64,000 bases of DNA, taken from positions 201,502,001 to 201,566,000 of the forward strand of contig NC_086100.1 in assembly GCF_963921235.1 (NCBI RefSeq). The letters run 5' to 3'. Numbering within the stretch: the stretch's first letter is position 1; the number at the start of each line of letters is the position of its first letter. The notes under the pieces are model-generated. The model made no database searches and had not been told where the DNA came from. It was given only the letters and a program-made list of their open reading frames with translations. The DNA comes from Mobula hypostoma (lineage: Eukaryota). Made by a program: the position numbers and the translations under genes. Shown here in pieces: positions 51,955 through 64,000 of this stretch.

Positions 51955-52333
51955 GTAAGGAAACACACCAAATAAATCACTTCACATTTCCAAGAAAGCA
52001 TGTTTTAAAAGTTCCCATTAAACTGAGGAGAATTTTAGACAGACAGCATTTCTGAAAAGTAACCATAATTTATATGAATTATTACTGTTTGTTTTAGTCA
52101 TCAGTTTGCAATTCCTGAGTATTGGACAGGTACCTATTGGTGATGCTGAGGCTCTAAAAGGCACTGGTGAGGCCTCACCTTGAGTATTGTGAACAGTTTT
52201 ACATAGAAAACCTACAGCACAATACAGGCCCTTTGGCCCACAAAGCTGTGCTGAACATGTCCTTACCTTAAAAATTACCTAGGGTTACCCATAGCCCTCT
52301 ATTTTTCTGAGCTCCATCTACCTGTTTTTTGCC

Positions 52334-53053
52334 TTCTTCGTGGATTGTCACCTTGTCGCGGTGGAGAGGACAGACTGGAGTGCTCATCTATTGAGTCTAT
52401 TTGTCTGGAACTGAGGAATAAGAAAGGATGAGCACATTCCTGGGATTATATTTATAGACCTCCCTGTTGTCAGAAGGATTTAGAGGGATAAGTTTGTAGA
52501 AAGATAGCAGACTTTTGCAAAAGAATAAGGTTGTGTAACATGATTTTAACTTCACACATATTGACCGAGACTCCTATACTATAAAAGGATTGAATGGCCT
52601 AGAGATTGTCAAATATTTTCAGGAAAGTTTCCTTAATCAATATGTAGAGTTCTCCATGGATTGTCACCTTGTCGCAATGGAGAAGCTTGTGTGGTCCTGA
52701 GATCCCGAGAGCGATGCCGTCTGGAGCTATGCTCCTGGTAGGGTCACCCATGGCGGTAAGGTCAAGGGTGAGGTCCCTGACAAAGAACAATCCAACCAAG
52801 ACCTCAACGGTGGAACAGGCGGACGAAGTTACTTCGAACTCAACGGCTGTGAAGGCGGATGAAGGCTGCAACAAATCCATCGGCTCCAATTGTCGTGGTT
52901 TCTATGCCATTGGAATCAGTTAGTTGATTTGTGAAGTATTGTGTGCTTCTTGGAGTGCAATATCAAGTCGACGTTAAACAAATACACGCACGGGCATCTT
53001 TGCTCTGTAATGAAGACCATCATCCTCGACCTCGAGGGATAGCCACGACGACG
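52334..53053 (+). mobile_element. Short RTE-derived non-autonomous element with a duplicated 5' end and a captured CR1 fragment
   Basis: RTE/Expander-like 5' sequence, a 3' end shared with the RTE at 57755-57799, a (GAC)n tail and a 14-bp TSD ACCTGTTTTTTGCC (52320-52333, 53054-53067). Confidence 0.75.
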
Positions 53054-53177
53054 ACCTGTTTTTTGCCCTTCATCTCAGAAAAGATGTGCTGGCATTGGAG
53101 AGGGTGCAGAGGAGGTTCACAAGGATGATTCCAGGAATTAAAGGGTTATCATATGAGGTGTTGTAGATAGTGTAGAG

Positions 53178-55072
53178 TAGGGGGTCACCAACCCATCAAC
53201 TGCGATCGACTGCTCGATCTTTGAGACTTTCCCAGTAGATCCCGGAAAAAATCAAAAATAAATACACAAATACTTTTGTAATGTGAGCATTATAAAAATA
53301 AGTAATACTAATTAGGATAATTGTAATATAGCAATACTTTTGCTACAAAGCTGTTTGTAAAGAGAGATTGTTTCCAGGTTGCGGTGTTTTAGTTCCGTTC
53401 TTTCTGCCCAGTGGCCCAGTGCGCATGAGTGTAGCATCCCCGCCATGAACAGCATTTTCAGCGTAGCTTGTGCCGCAAAAAAGTGACCAATTAGATTAGA
53501 TACGCAGTGGTCCCCAACCACCGGGCCGCGAAGAATGCAGCAGTACAATGCTAGTCGGAACGTGCCCAGCACATCTTTAAGAAAAAAGCCGAAATAAACA
53601 AGCTAATTAATTAGGTGCCGCCTAGCACGTAAATGTTGGCCCAGATCAGAGGTGATTGCCGATTGTGTCGCCTCTGATCTGGGCCGATATTTACGTGCCG
53701 GGCGGCACCTAATTAATTAGCTTGTTTATTTTGGCTTTTTTTTCTTAAAGATGTGCTGGATGCGTTCCGGCCACAGCTGTACCGCTGCATTCTTCGCGGC
53801 CCGGAGGTTGGGGACCATTGGATAAGAGTACAGACTGTCGCAAACATCAATATACAGCACTCGCTCGTGATATCCTGATAGCATAGTGGAGGCTCCATGA
53901 AAGAAGGCGAAAACGTACAAATTCCATCCAGAATGGGAAGAGGAATTTCTATTTACCTTGGTGAAAGACAAGTGTGTATGTAAGTTGTGCCACCAAACAC
54001 AAGCACTGACTAAAAGAGGGAATCTGGAGCAGCACCGCTACATCAACCACCAGAAATTTAAAGACACCCACCCCCCAAAGAGCGCAATTCGTGCCTGGAA
54101 AGTTGAGGAGCTGAAATCGGGGTTGAAGGCTCAGCAATCATTTTTCATAAAACATGCTGCTCAAAATAAGGTTGCTATTGAAGCATCATTTCGTGTAAGT
54201 CACCTTTTGGGTAAACACAAGAAGCCTTTTACAGATGGTGATTTATTCAAGGAAGCAATGACCATTACCACAGAGACTGTTTTTAATGACTTTAAAAACA
54301 AGAACGACATCACAATCGCAATACATAATGTACCGCTTGGCCCTGCAACAGTAACAAGGAGGGTAGAGTCACTGTCAGAGGACGTGGGTATTTTTCACTA
54401 CAATTCGATGAATCTCTGGATGTAATGCAAACAGCTCAGCTTGTTGTATTTGTCAGAATGGCTTTCCAGGATTTTACAACAGAGGACTTCCTCACTCTTT
54501 TGCAATTAAAGGAGAGAACAAGGGGTGAGGATATTTACAATGAGTTTAAAAAATATATCCGTGAAAATGACAACCCCATTCACAAACTGGTGGCAATTAC
54601 TACTGATGGGGCCCCAGCAATGCGCAGTGTGCGCGTTGGTTTTATAGCACTAAGAGTCAGTGCCTACTTTGGGTTAACTTACCTACGTAAAATTGCACTT
54701 TCACAGATGAAAATTATTAAATCTAAGTACAGGAGCTGTCTTACTGACAGACACCTCACAGACTGTCTCAGACTGGCTGTCTGTAGTTATGAGCCAAATT
54801 TCAGGGAACTAGCAATAAGTATTCAGCCCCAGTCATCACACTGAGTGCAACAGTCAATTTTTATTCGTATATTTTTCATGTTGAAATAAAATTAAATAAT
54901 GAAACTTAGAATTAAAGGTGTGAAGTATTGTAATATTCTTAAAGGAAGATATGCTAGTTAAAGTGTTTTCTTGTTTGAATTAGTTTTACCTACTACGATT
55001 TAGTAGGTAGATCTTGCCTTTCACTAAGGTCGAGGTAGGGGATCTTGGGCTTAAAAAGGTTGGTGACCACTA
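53178..55072 (+). mobile_element. Internally deleted hAT DNA transposon (Buster/Charlie-type)
   Basis: TIRs TAGG(G)GGTCACCAACC and GGTTGGTGACCACTA with an 8-bp TSD GTGTAGAG (53170-53177, 55073-55080) that has a central TA. Transposase remnant at about 53885-54844: BED-like CVCKLC, KKPFTDG, FDESLD, TTDGAPAM, KSKYRSCLTD. Confidence 0.92.
53505..53820. mobile_element. Foldback hAT-type MITE nested in the hAT
   Basis: CAGTGGTCCCCAACC ... GGTTGGGGACCATTG termini. The whole 316 bp is a near-perfect inverted repeat centred near 53662. Confidence 0.88.
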
Positions 55073-56354
55073 GTGTAGAGGATTGTCGAAGATTGCAGAG
55101 AGACATTGATAGGATGCAGAAGTGGGCTGAGAAGTGGCAGATGGAGTTCAACCCGGAGAAGTGTGAGGTGGTACACTTTGGAAGGACAAACTCCAAGGCA
55201 GACTAAATGGCAGGATACTTGGTAGTGTGGAGGAGCAGAGGGATCTGGGGGTAGATGTCCACAGATCCCTGAAAGTTGCCTCACAGGTAGATAGGGTAGT
55301 TAAGAAAGCTTATGGGGTGTTAGCTTTCATAAGTCGAGGGATAGAGTTTAAGAGTCGCGATGTAATGATGCAGCTCTATAAAACTCTGGTTAGGCCACAC
55401 TTGGAGTACTGTATCCAGTTCTGGTCGCCTCACTATAGGAAGGCTGTGGAAGCATTGGAAAGGGTACAGAGGAGATTTACCAGGATGTTGCCTGGTTTAG
55501 AGAGTATGGATTATGATCAGGGATTAAGGGAGCTAGGGCTTTACTCTTTGGAGAGAAGGAGAATGAGAGGAGACTTGATAGAGGTATACAAGATATTAAG
55601 AGGAATAGACAGAGTGGACAGCCAGCGCCTCTTCCCCAGGACACCACTGCTCAATACAAGAGCACATGACTTTAAGGTAAGGGATGGGAAGTTCAAGGGG
55701 GATATTAGAGGAAGGTTTTTTTACTCAGAGAGTCAGTGGTGGAGGCAGATACACTAGTGAAATTTAAGAGACTACTAGACAGGTATATGGAGGAATTTAA
55801 GGTGGGGGGTTACATGGGAGGCAGGGTTTGAGGGTCGGCACAACACTGTGGGCCAAAGGGCCTGTACTGTGCTGTACTATTCTATGTTCTATGAATGTTT
55901 GATAGCTCTGGATCTGTACTCGCTGGAATACAGAAGGATGGGGCGGGGGGATCTCATTGAAACCTTTTGAATGTTGAAAGGCCCAGACAGAATAGATGTG
56001 GAAAGGATGTTTCCCATGGTGAGAGAGTCTAGGACAAGAGGGCACAGCCTCAGGTTAGAGGGGTGTCCTTTCAAAACAGAGATGCGGAGTAATTTCTTTA
56101 GCCAAAGGATGGTGAATTTGTGGAATTTGTTGTCACATGCAGCTATAGAGGTCAGGTCATTAGGTGTATTTAAGGCAGAGATTGATAGGTTCTTGATTGG
56201 ACATGGCATCAAAGGTTACAGGGAGAAGGCCAGGAACTGGGGTTGAGGAGGAGAAGGAATAAAGATCAGCCATGATTGAATGGTGGAGCAGACTCGATGG
56301 GCCAGATGGCCTAATTCTGCTCCTATGTCTTATGGTCTTATGATCTTATGATCT

Positions 56355-58330
56355 TAATTTTCTGGATTATCTCTACTCCCTTTCTTGAACAAGGAAATAA
56401 TGTTTACAACCCTTCAATCCTCTGATACCTTTCCCAACCCTATTGGTGATGCAAAGATCATCGACAGAGGCTCAACAATCTCCTCTCTTGATTCCCCAGT
56501 AGTCTGGGGTATCTTGACTGGTCCCAGCGACTTACCTAACTTAATACCTTTCAAAAGCTCCAGCACATCCTCTTTCTTAATGTCTATACGCTCAAGCATC
56601 TCATTCTGCTGTAAGTCATCCCCACAATTGCCAAGGTCCTTTTCACTGTTGAATACTGAAGCAAAGTATTCATTAAGGACCTCCACTCCATGCACACATT
56701 TCCACTATCGCACCTGGTTGGTCCTATTCTCACACGGCCCATCCTCTTGCTCTTCACATACTTGTAGAATACCTTGGAGTTTACCTTAATCCTGCTGTCC
56801 AAGTCCTTCTCATGGCCTCTTTTGCTCTCTTAATTCCATTCTTGAGCTCCTTCCTGGCACCCTTGTAATTTTCTAGAGCTCTAACAGTACCTAGTTTCTT
56901 GAACCATTTGTAAGCTTTTCTTTTCTTCTTAACTAGATTTTCTTCATCCTTTGTACACCATGGTTCTTTTACCCTACCATCCTGTCCATTCCTCAATGGA
57001 ATATACCTCGGCAGAACACCGCACAAATGTTCCCTGAACATTTGCCGCATTTCTGCCGTGTATTTCCCTGAGAGCATCTGCTCCCAATTTATGTTCTCAA
57101 GTTCCTGCCTAGTAGCATCATATTTCCCCCTACCCCAATTAAATGTTTTCCCAAATTGTCTGTCCCTATCCCTCTCCAGCGCTATGGTAAAGGAGGTAGA
57201 GTTGTGATCACTATTTCCAAAATGCTCTCCCATTGAGAGATCTGACACCTGACCAGTTCATTTCCCAATACTCTGAACATCTTAAATATCAGCTGGGAAG
57301 ATAGAAGAACCAACGTCAGTGTGCTAAGTGAAGCAAAAACAACAAGCATTGAAGCTTACGTCATCAAGAACCAACTAAAATGGAACAGTCATGTTGTTCA
57401 GATGAAAGACGAACGTCTGCCGAAACAAATCTTCTACTCCCAGCTTAAAGAAGGCAAATGTAAAAGAGGCGGACAACAGAAGAGATTCAAAGACGTCTTA
57501 AAAGCCAACATGAAGAGATGTAACATCGACATCAACAATTGGGAAATCAATGCCAAGGACAGGAAACTCTGGCAAGCCATCATCCGAGAAGGATCAGCAA
57601 CTTTCAAAGCCAATAGATGTGCAGAATTAGAGGAAAATGGAAAGAGAGACAGCAACAACCAAAGCCCGATCTGCCATCTGGAACTACCTGTCCTGAATGC
57701 AGAAGAACTTTCAAAGGCAAGGTTGGACTTGAGAGCCCATAAGTAGATCAACAGAATGAAGACCATCATCTTCGACCTCAAGGGATAGCCGCGACGACCA
57801 GATCAAGTAAAGCCACTCCTCTAGTTGGTGTATCTACAAATTGCATCAGGAAACCTTCCTAAACACACCTAACAAATTTCACCCTGTCTAAACCCCTTAC
57901 ACTCAGGAGATGCCAATCAATATTAGGAAAGTTAAAATCACCCATCACATCAACCGTACTATTATTGCACCATTCCAGAATTTGCCTCCTTATCTGCTCC
58001 TCGATGTCTCTGTTACTATTGGGGGATCTATAAAAAAAAACACCCATTAGAGTTATTGCCCACTTCCTGTTTCTGACTTCTACCCATAATGACTCAGTCA
58101 ACTATTCCTCCATTACTGCCTCCTTTTGTGCAGCTGTGATTTATCCCTAATTAGAAATGCCACACTACCATCTCTTTTGTTTCCCTCCCTGTGCTCTTTG
58201 AAACATCGAAAGCCCAGCATACACAGCAGCCATTCCTGCCCCTGAAACATCCAAGTCTCTATAATGGCCACAACATCAGAATTCCACGTATTGATCCACG
58301 CTCTAAGTTCATCTGCCTTGCTTATGATAC
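56355..58330 (-). mobile_element. CR1 ORF2 fragment (endonuclease and linker)
   Basis: VVAIIETW, GDFNFPNIDW, NSDHNS and LNEYFASVF motifs. Confidence 0.85.
57272..57799 (+). mobile_element. RTE-clade LINE 3' end
   Basis: LNISWEDRRTNVSVL...QLKWNSHVVQMKDERLPKQIFYSQL...KRFKDVLK, with a GAC-type tail. Confidence 0.88.
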
Positions 58331-60760
58331 TCCTTTCTTCTGCTTTTTCGTTTCTTGAAGAGTGGAGTGACATTTGCAATTTTCTATTCCACTGGAACCA
58401 TGCCAGAGTCAATCAGTTCTAGAAAGATATTTGCTAATGCCTCCACAATCTCCTCGGCCACCTTTTTTAGTATATGCCGTCTGTTCCATATGACTTAAAT
58501 TTCAGGCCTTTCAGTTTCCCAAGAACCATCTCCCTAGTAATGGCAGCCTCACACTTTGCCCTCTCACGCACTCAATCTTGTGACATACTGCTAGTCTTTT
58601 CCATAGTGAAGACTGATACAACATGCTTATTTAGTTCATCCACCATTTCCTCATCACCCATTGGTACTTTTCCAGCATCATTTTTGAGGGATCCAATATC
58701 TATTCTCGCTTCTCTTTTACACTTTAAGTATCTGAAGAAACTTTTGGTATCCTCTTTAATATTATTGGCTAGCTTACCTTTGTATTCCATCTTTATCTTC
58801 TTAATGACTTTTAGTTGTCTTCTGATGGTTTGTAAAAGCTTCCTAGTTCTCTAACTTGCCACTAATTTTTGGTCTATTATATGTCCTCTGTTTGGCTTTT
58901 ATATTGGCTTTGACTTCTCTTGTTAGCCACAGTTGTGTCATCTTGCCTTTAGGATACTTATTCCTCTTTGGGATGTATACTGTATATCCCGTGCCTTCCA
59001 AACTGCTTCCAGAACTTCTAGCCATTTTTACTATACCATCATCCCTACCAGTGTTTTTTCCAATCAATTTTGTCCAGCTCCTCTTACTGTAATTCCCTTT
59101 ACTCCACTATAATATTGATACCTCTGACTTTAGCTTCTCCTTCTCAATTTGCAGAATGAATTCCATCATATTATGATCACTAGCCCATAAGGGTTCTTTT
59201 ACCTTAAGCTCTCTAATCAATTCCGTTTCATTGCACAATGCCAAATCCAGAATAGCTGATCCATAGTGGGCTCTACTACAAGCTGCAATAAAAAGCCATC
59301 TCATAGGCATTCTAGAAATTCCCCCTCTTGGGGTCCAGCACCAACTTGATTTTCCCAATCTACCTGCATATTGAAATCCCCCATGATGATCATAACATTG
59401 GCCTTTTGGCATGTATTTTCAATCTCCGTTTTAGAACATAGAACATAGAATAGTACAGCACATTACAGGCCCTTCGGCCCACAATGTTGTGCCGACCCTC
59501 AAACCCTGACTCCCATATAAGCCCCCACCTTAAATTCCTCCATATACCTGTCTAGTAGTCTCTTAAACTTCACTAGTGTATCTGCCTCCACTACTGACTC
59601 AGGCAGTGTATTCCACGCACCAACCACTTTCTGAGTAAAAAACCTTCCTCTAATATCCCCCTTGAACTTCCCACCGCTTACCTTAAAGCCATGTCCTCTT
59701 GTATTGAGCAGTGGTGCCCTGGGGAAGAGGCGCTGGCTATCCACTCTATCTATTCCTCTCATTATCTTGTACACCTCCATCATGTCTCCTCTCATCCTCC
59801 TTCTCTCCAAAGGGTAAAGCCCTAGCTCCCTTAATCTCTAATCATAATGCATACTCTCTAAACCAGGCAGCATTCTGGTAAATCTCCTCTGTACTCTTTC
59901 CAATGCTTCCACATCCTTCCTATAGTGAGGCGACCAGAACTGGACACAGTACTCCAAGTGTGGCCTAACCAGAGTTTTATAGTGCTGCATCATTACATCG
60001 CGACTCTTAAACTCTATCCCTCGACTTATGAAAGCTAACAACCCATAAGCTTTCTTAACTACCCTATCCACCTGTGAGGCAACTTTCAGGGATCTGTGGA
60101 CATGTACCCCCAGATCCCTCTGCTCCTCCACACTGCCAAGTGTCCTGCCATTTGCTTTGTACTCTGCCTTGGAGTTTGTCCTTCCGAAGTGTACCACCTC
60201 ACACTTCTCCGGGTTGAACTCCATCTGCCACTTCTCAGCCCACTTCTGCATCCTATCAATGTCTCTCTGCAATCTTTGACAATCCTCTACACTATCTACA
60301 ACACCACCAACCTTTGTGTCGTCTGCAAACTTGCCAACCCACCCTTCTACCCCCACATCCAGGTCGTTAATAAAAATCACGAAAAGTAGAGGTCCCAGAA
60401 CAGATCCTTGTGGGACACCACTAGTCACAATCCTCCAATCTGTTTAGTTTGTAGACCACATCTTTACTATTTGAGGGTCTGTATATAACTCCCATCAGGG
60501 TCATTTTACCCTTGCAGTTCCTTAACTCTACCAACAATGATTCAACATCTTCCAACCCTATGTCACCTCTTTTTTATGATTTGATTTCATTTTTTACCAA
60601 CAGAGCCTTATCACCCCCTCTGCCTACCTACATGTCCTTTCAATACAATGTATATCCCTGGTCATTAAGCTCCCAGCTATAATCTTCTTCAAACCATGAA
60701 TCAGTGATGCCCACAATGCCATATATGCCAATCTGTAACTGTGATGCAAATTCATCTTCC
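58330..60760 (-). mobile_element. Old CR1 ORF2 fragment
   Basis: Endonuclease and linker similarity to 1960-3350. Interrupted at 59432-60442. Confidence 0.8.
59432..60442 (-). mobile_element. Young CR1 3' fragment
   Basis: ORFs 59838-60428 and 59499-59810 (GVPQGSVLGP, KFADDTK) and a (TTCTATG)n tail. Confidence 0.92.
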
Positions 60761-61584
60761 GTGTACTACGTGTAATGTTCTGTGTTCACTCATGATGCTG
60801 ACTATGATTCAACTAGTTAATCAGCCAGCCATTCTATCCCATTCCTGTAAACTGACTCATCACTACGTACGATTCATCCTGCCATTCTATCCTATTCCTG
60901 TACACTGACTTGTCATCACCTATGATTCAGCCAACAACACTGCTGTCATCACTGAATTTGTTGATGATATTGCATTTGTGCTTGACCATAGAGCAGAGGG
61001 ATAAATGTCTACCCCTGTGGTGTGCCTGTGTTAATGGGCATTGTTACTGATTGAAGCCTGCCCATGAGGAAGACAAGGATCAAGTTGCAAAGTAATTTGC
61101 AGAGTCCCATGTCTTGGAATCCTGGTGATGTTTGGAGGTGTGATTGTGTTGAATGCTGAGCTGTAGTCATTGAAAAGCTGCCTGCCATATATATGACTGT
61201 TATCAGTCCAAACAAAGTGGAGAATCAGTGAAATGTTGTCATCTGTTAACCCGTTGAGATGAAAGGCAAATGAATGGGATCCAGGTTATCTCGAAGGGAA
61301 GAGTTGATTTGCGACATTAACAACCTCTCAAAGCACTCAAAAATATGCTCCTAGAACCAAAGGGACACAGAAACAGGCCTTTCAGCCCATCTAGTCTGTG
61401 CCAAACTTTTTTTTGACTTGTTCCATCTTTCTATAACTGGGCCATAGACCTCCATATCCCTCCATTCTATTTAGCTAACCAAAATTCTCTTAAACATTAC
61501 AATTGAATCTACATCTATCATGTCTTCTGGCAGTCCATTTCACACTCTTACCCCCTCTGAGTAAAGAAGTTCTCCTTCAGGTTC

Positions 61585-63835
61585 AGGACTGATAATATGG
61601 AAAGATAGACAGGAAGGTAAGGGAGGTGGGGTAGCACTCTTAAGAGTGATATCCGGGTGATAGTGATAGACAATTTAAGATCTAAGGAGCAGAATGTTGA
61701 AGCCATCTGGGTAGAGATTAGGAATAGTAAAGAGAAAAAAATCACTGGTGGGAGTTGTCTATTAGCCACCGAATAATAACATTACAGTGGCACAGGCAAT
61801 AAACAGAGAAATATCTGAGGCATGTAAGAATGGTACAGCAGGAACTTTAACTTGCACATAGATTGGGTGAATCAAGTTGGTGAAGGTAGTCTTCAGGAGG
61901 ACTACATAGAGTGCATCCATGATGGCTCTCTTGAACAGCATGTTACTAAAACTGCAAGGGAATGTGTTATCTTAGATCTGGTCCTATGCAATGAGACAGG
62001 TAAAATTAGTGATCTTGCAGTGAGCAATCCTCTTGGAAAGAGTGATGACAGTATGATTGAATTTCTCATACAAATGGAGGGTGCAACAGTTCGATTGAAA
62101 ACCAGTGTATTATGCCTAAACAATAAGACCACAATGGGATGAAGGAGGATTTGGTTAGTGTAGACTGGGAACACAGGCTATATGGTGGGAAAGTTGAGGA
62201 ACACTGGGAGACTTTCAAAGAGATTTTTCACGGTGCTCAAAAGTATATTCCAATTAGAAGCAAGGACACTCATGGCGGACAGAGCCAGCTTTGGATAACT
62301 AAGCAAAGAAAGGAGGGCATCAAGCTAAAAACTCGTGCATACAAAGTCGCCAAGAGTAGTGGGAAACTGGAAGACTGGGAAAACTTTAAAAAGTAACAAA
62401 GTACCATTAAGTGGGCAATAAAGAGAGAGGCTAGATTTTGAAAATTAACTAGCACATAATATAAAAAACAGATATTAAAGACTTTTATAATTATATGAAG
62501 CAGAAAAGGGTAGCTAAAGTGAATGTAGGTCCCTTGGAGGATGAGAAGGGGGAATTGATATTGAGTAATGAGTAAATGGCAGAGGCTTTGTTTTGGCTTC
62601 ATAGTGGAGGACATGTCTAACGTGCCAAAGAAAGATGCTATGGATGCGATTGGAGGTGAGGAGCTCAATACAATGGCTATCACTGAAGAGGTAGTGCTGA
62701 GCAAACTTGTGGGCCTGAAGATAGATAAGTCACTTGGTTCTGATGGGATGTATCCCAGGGTACTGAAAGAAATGGCAGAAGTTATAGCTGAGGCATTGAT
62801 GATAATTTACCAAAATTCTCTGGACGCTGAGCAGGTCCCGGCAGAATGTCACGCCACTGTTCAAAAAAATGATGTAGGCTAAAGGCAGGTTACTATAGGC
62901 TAGTTAGTTTAACATCTGTAGTTTGGGAAATGCTTGAAGCTATCATAAAAGAAGAAATAGGCATCTGGAAAGAAATGGACCCATTAGGCAGATGCAGCAT
63001 GGATTCAGCAAAGGCAGATCCTGTTTGACGAACTTACAAGAGTTCTTTGAGGATATAATGAGCACTGTGGATAGAGAGGAACAGATAGACATTATTTACT
63101 TGGATTTCCAAAAGGCATTCGGTAAGGCGCCACATAAAAGAATTATCCATAAGATAAGGATGCATAGAGTTGGTGGTGATGTATTAGCATGGTTAGAGAA
63201 TTGGTTAACTAATAGAAAATAGAGGGTTGGTATATATGGGTGTTACTCTGGTTGGCAATCAGTGGTGAGCAATGTTCTACAGGGGTCGGTGCTGGGCCTA
63301 GAACTGTTCACGGTATACATTAACGATCTAGAAGAGGGGACCAGGTGTAGTATATCTAAGTTTGCTGATGATATTAAATTGACTGGGAAAGCAAATTGTG
63401 CAGAAGATACGGAGAGTCTGCAGAGAGATATAGATAGGTTAAGTAAGTGGGTAAGGGTCTGGCAGATGGAGTACAATGTTAGTAAATGCGAGGCCATCCA
63501 CTTTGGAAGGAAAAATGGAAAAGCAGATTATTATTTAAATAGTAAAAAATTACAACATGCTGCTGTGCAGAAGGACTTGGGAGTGCTTGTGCATGAATCA
63601 CAAAAGGTTGGTTTGCAGGTACAACAGGCTATCAAGAAGTCAAATGGAACGTTGGCCTTCATTGCTGGAGGGATTGTATTTAAGAGCAGGGACGTTATGC
63701 TGCAACTGTACAGGGTACTGATGAGGCCACATCTGGACTACTGCATGCAGTTCTGGTCTCCTTACTCTAGGAAGGATATACTGGCTTTGGAGGCAGTGCA
63801 GAGGAGGTTCACCAGGTTGATTCCAGAGATGAGAT
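61585..63835 (+). mobile_element. Degraded CR1 ORF2
   Basis: ILDLVLCN, SCLTNLQEFFED, YINDLEE/KFADD and RPHLDYC motifs. Confidence 0.88.
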
Positions 63836-64000
63836 CTTTCCTGTGGGAAGGTGACCATAACTATACACAATACTCTAAATTAGACCTCAGCAACATCTTA
63901 TACAACTTCAACATAACATCCGATCTCCTGTACTCCGTACTTTGATTTATGAAGACTAATGTGCCAAAAGCTCTCTTTATGACCCTATAGATAAAGTAAA

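Larger units (their letters stand above)
53157..55890 (+). mobile_element. Young CR1 3' fragment hosting a hAT, nested in another CR1 (about 52130-56350)
   Basis: ORF 55227-55757 belongs to the same subfamily as 59432-60442. The host CR1 resumes at 55891. Confidence 0.88.

Noticed and set aside
53958..54844. Domesticated ZBED8/GTF2IRD2-like host gene
   Set aside because: It is frameshifted, internally deleted and still enclosed by TIRs and a TSD, so it is a transposon remnant.
60820..60932. Roughly 54-bp tandem duplication in a unique-looking island as a further exon
   Set aside because: No convincing acceptor/donor pair or hydrophobic frame was found. It appears to be a simple local duplication.

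Overview
This is eukaryotic DNA, very probably from a cartilaginous fish. That taxon is inferred from the mix of CR1 LINEs, a V-SINE, Penelope-like, Rex1/Babar and RTE elements. Most of the window is nested, mostly decayed transposable elements lying in the introns of one + strand host gene. The host gene is an ADAM metalloprotease resembling the ADAM12/19/33/15 group. Three exons are well supported (7883-8072, 26545-26622, 29765-29879) and encode the end of the cysteine-rich domain plus the EGF-like domain. Two further candidate phase-1/phase-1 mini-exons (41371-41466, 51910-51954) would add a hydrophilic Ser/Thr/Pro-containing spacer where ADAMs normally go almost directly into the transmembrane segment. 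The largest element is a complete but inactivated 14.0-kb chromodomain Gypsy element of the Tf1/sushi type (9545-23544, target-site duplication (TSD) CTAGA). It still shows a self-priming primer-binding-site (PBS) duplex and a candidate -1 frameshift pseudoknot, and it carries a solo LTR and three CR1 insertions. Also present are solo LTRs with 4-bp TSDs, a deleted Buster/Charlie-type hAT with a nested foldback MITE, mariner and Tc1 derivatives, and short internally deleted LINE derivatives (RTE- and Rex-type). No prokaryotic system or CRISPR array was found. All calls are by eye with no database search, so boundaries of degraded repeats are approximate.
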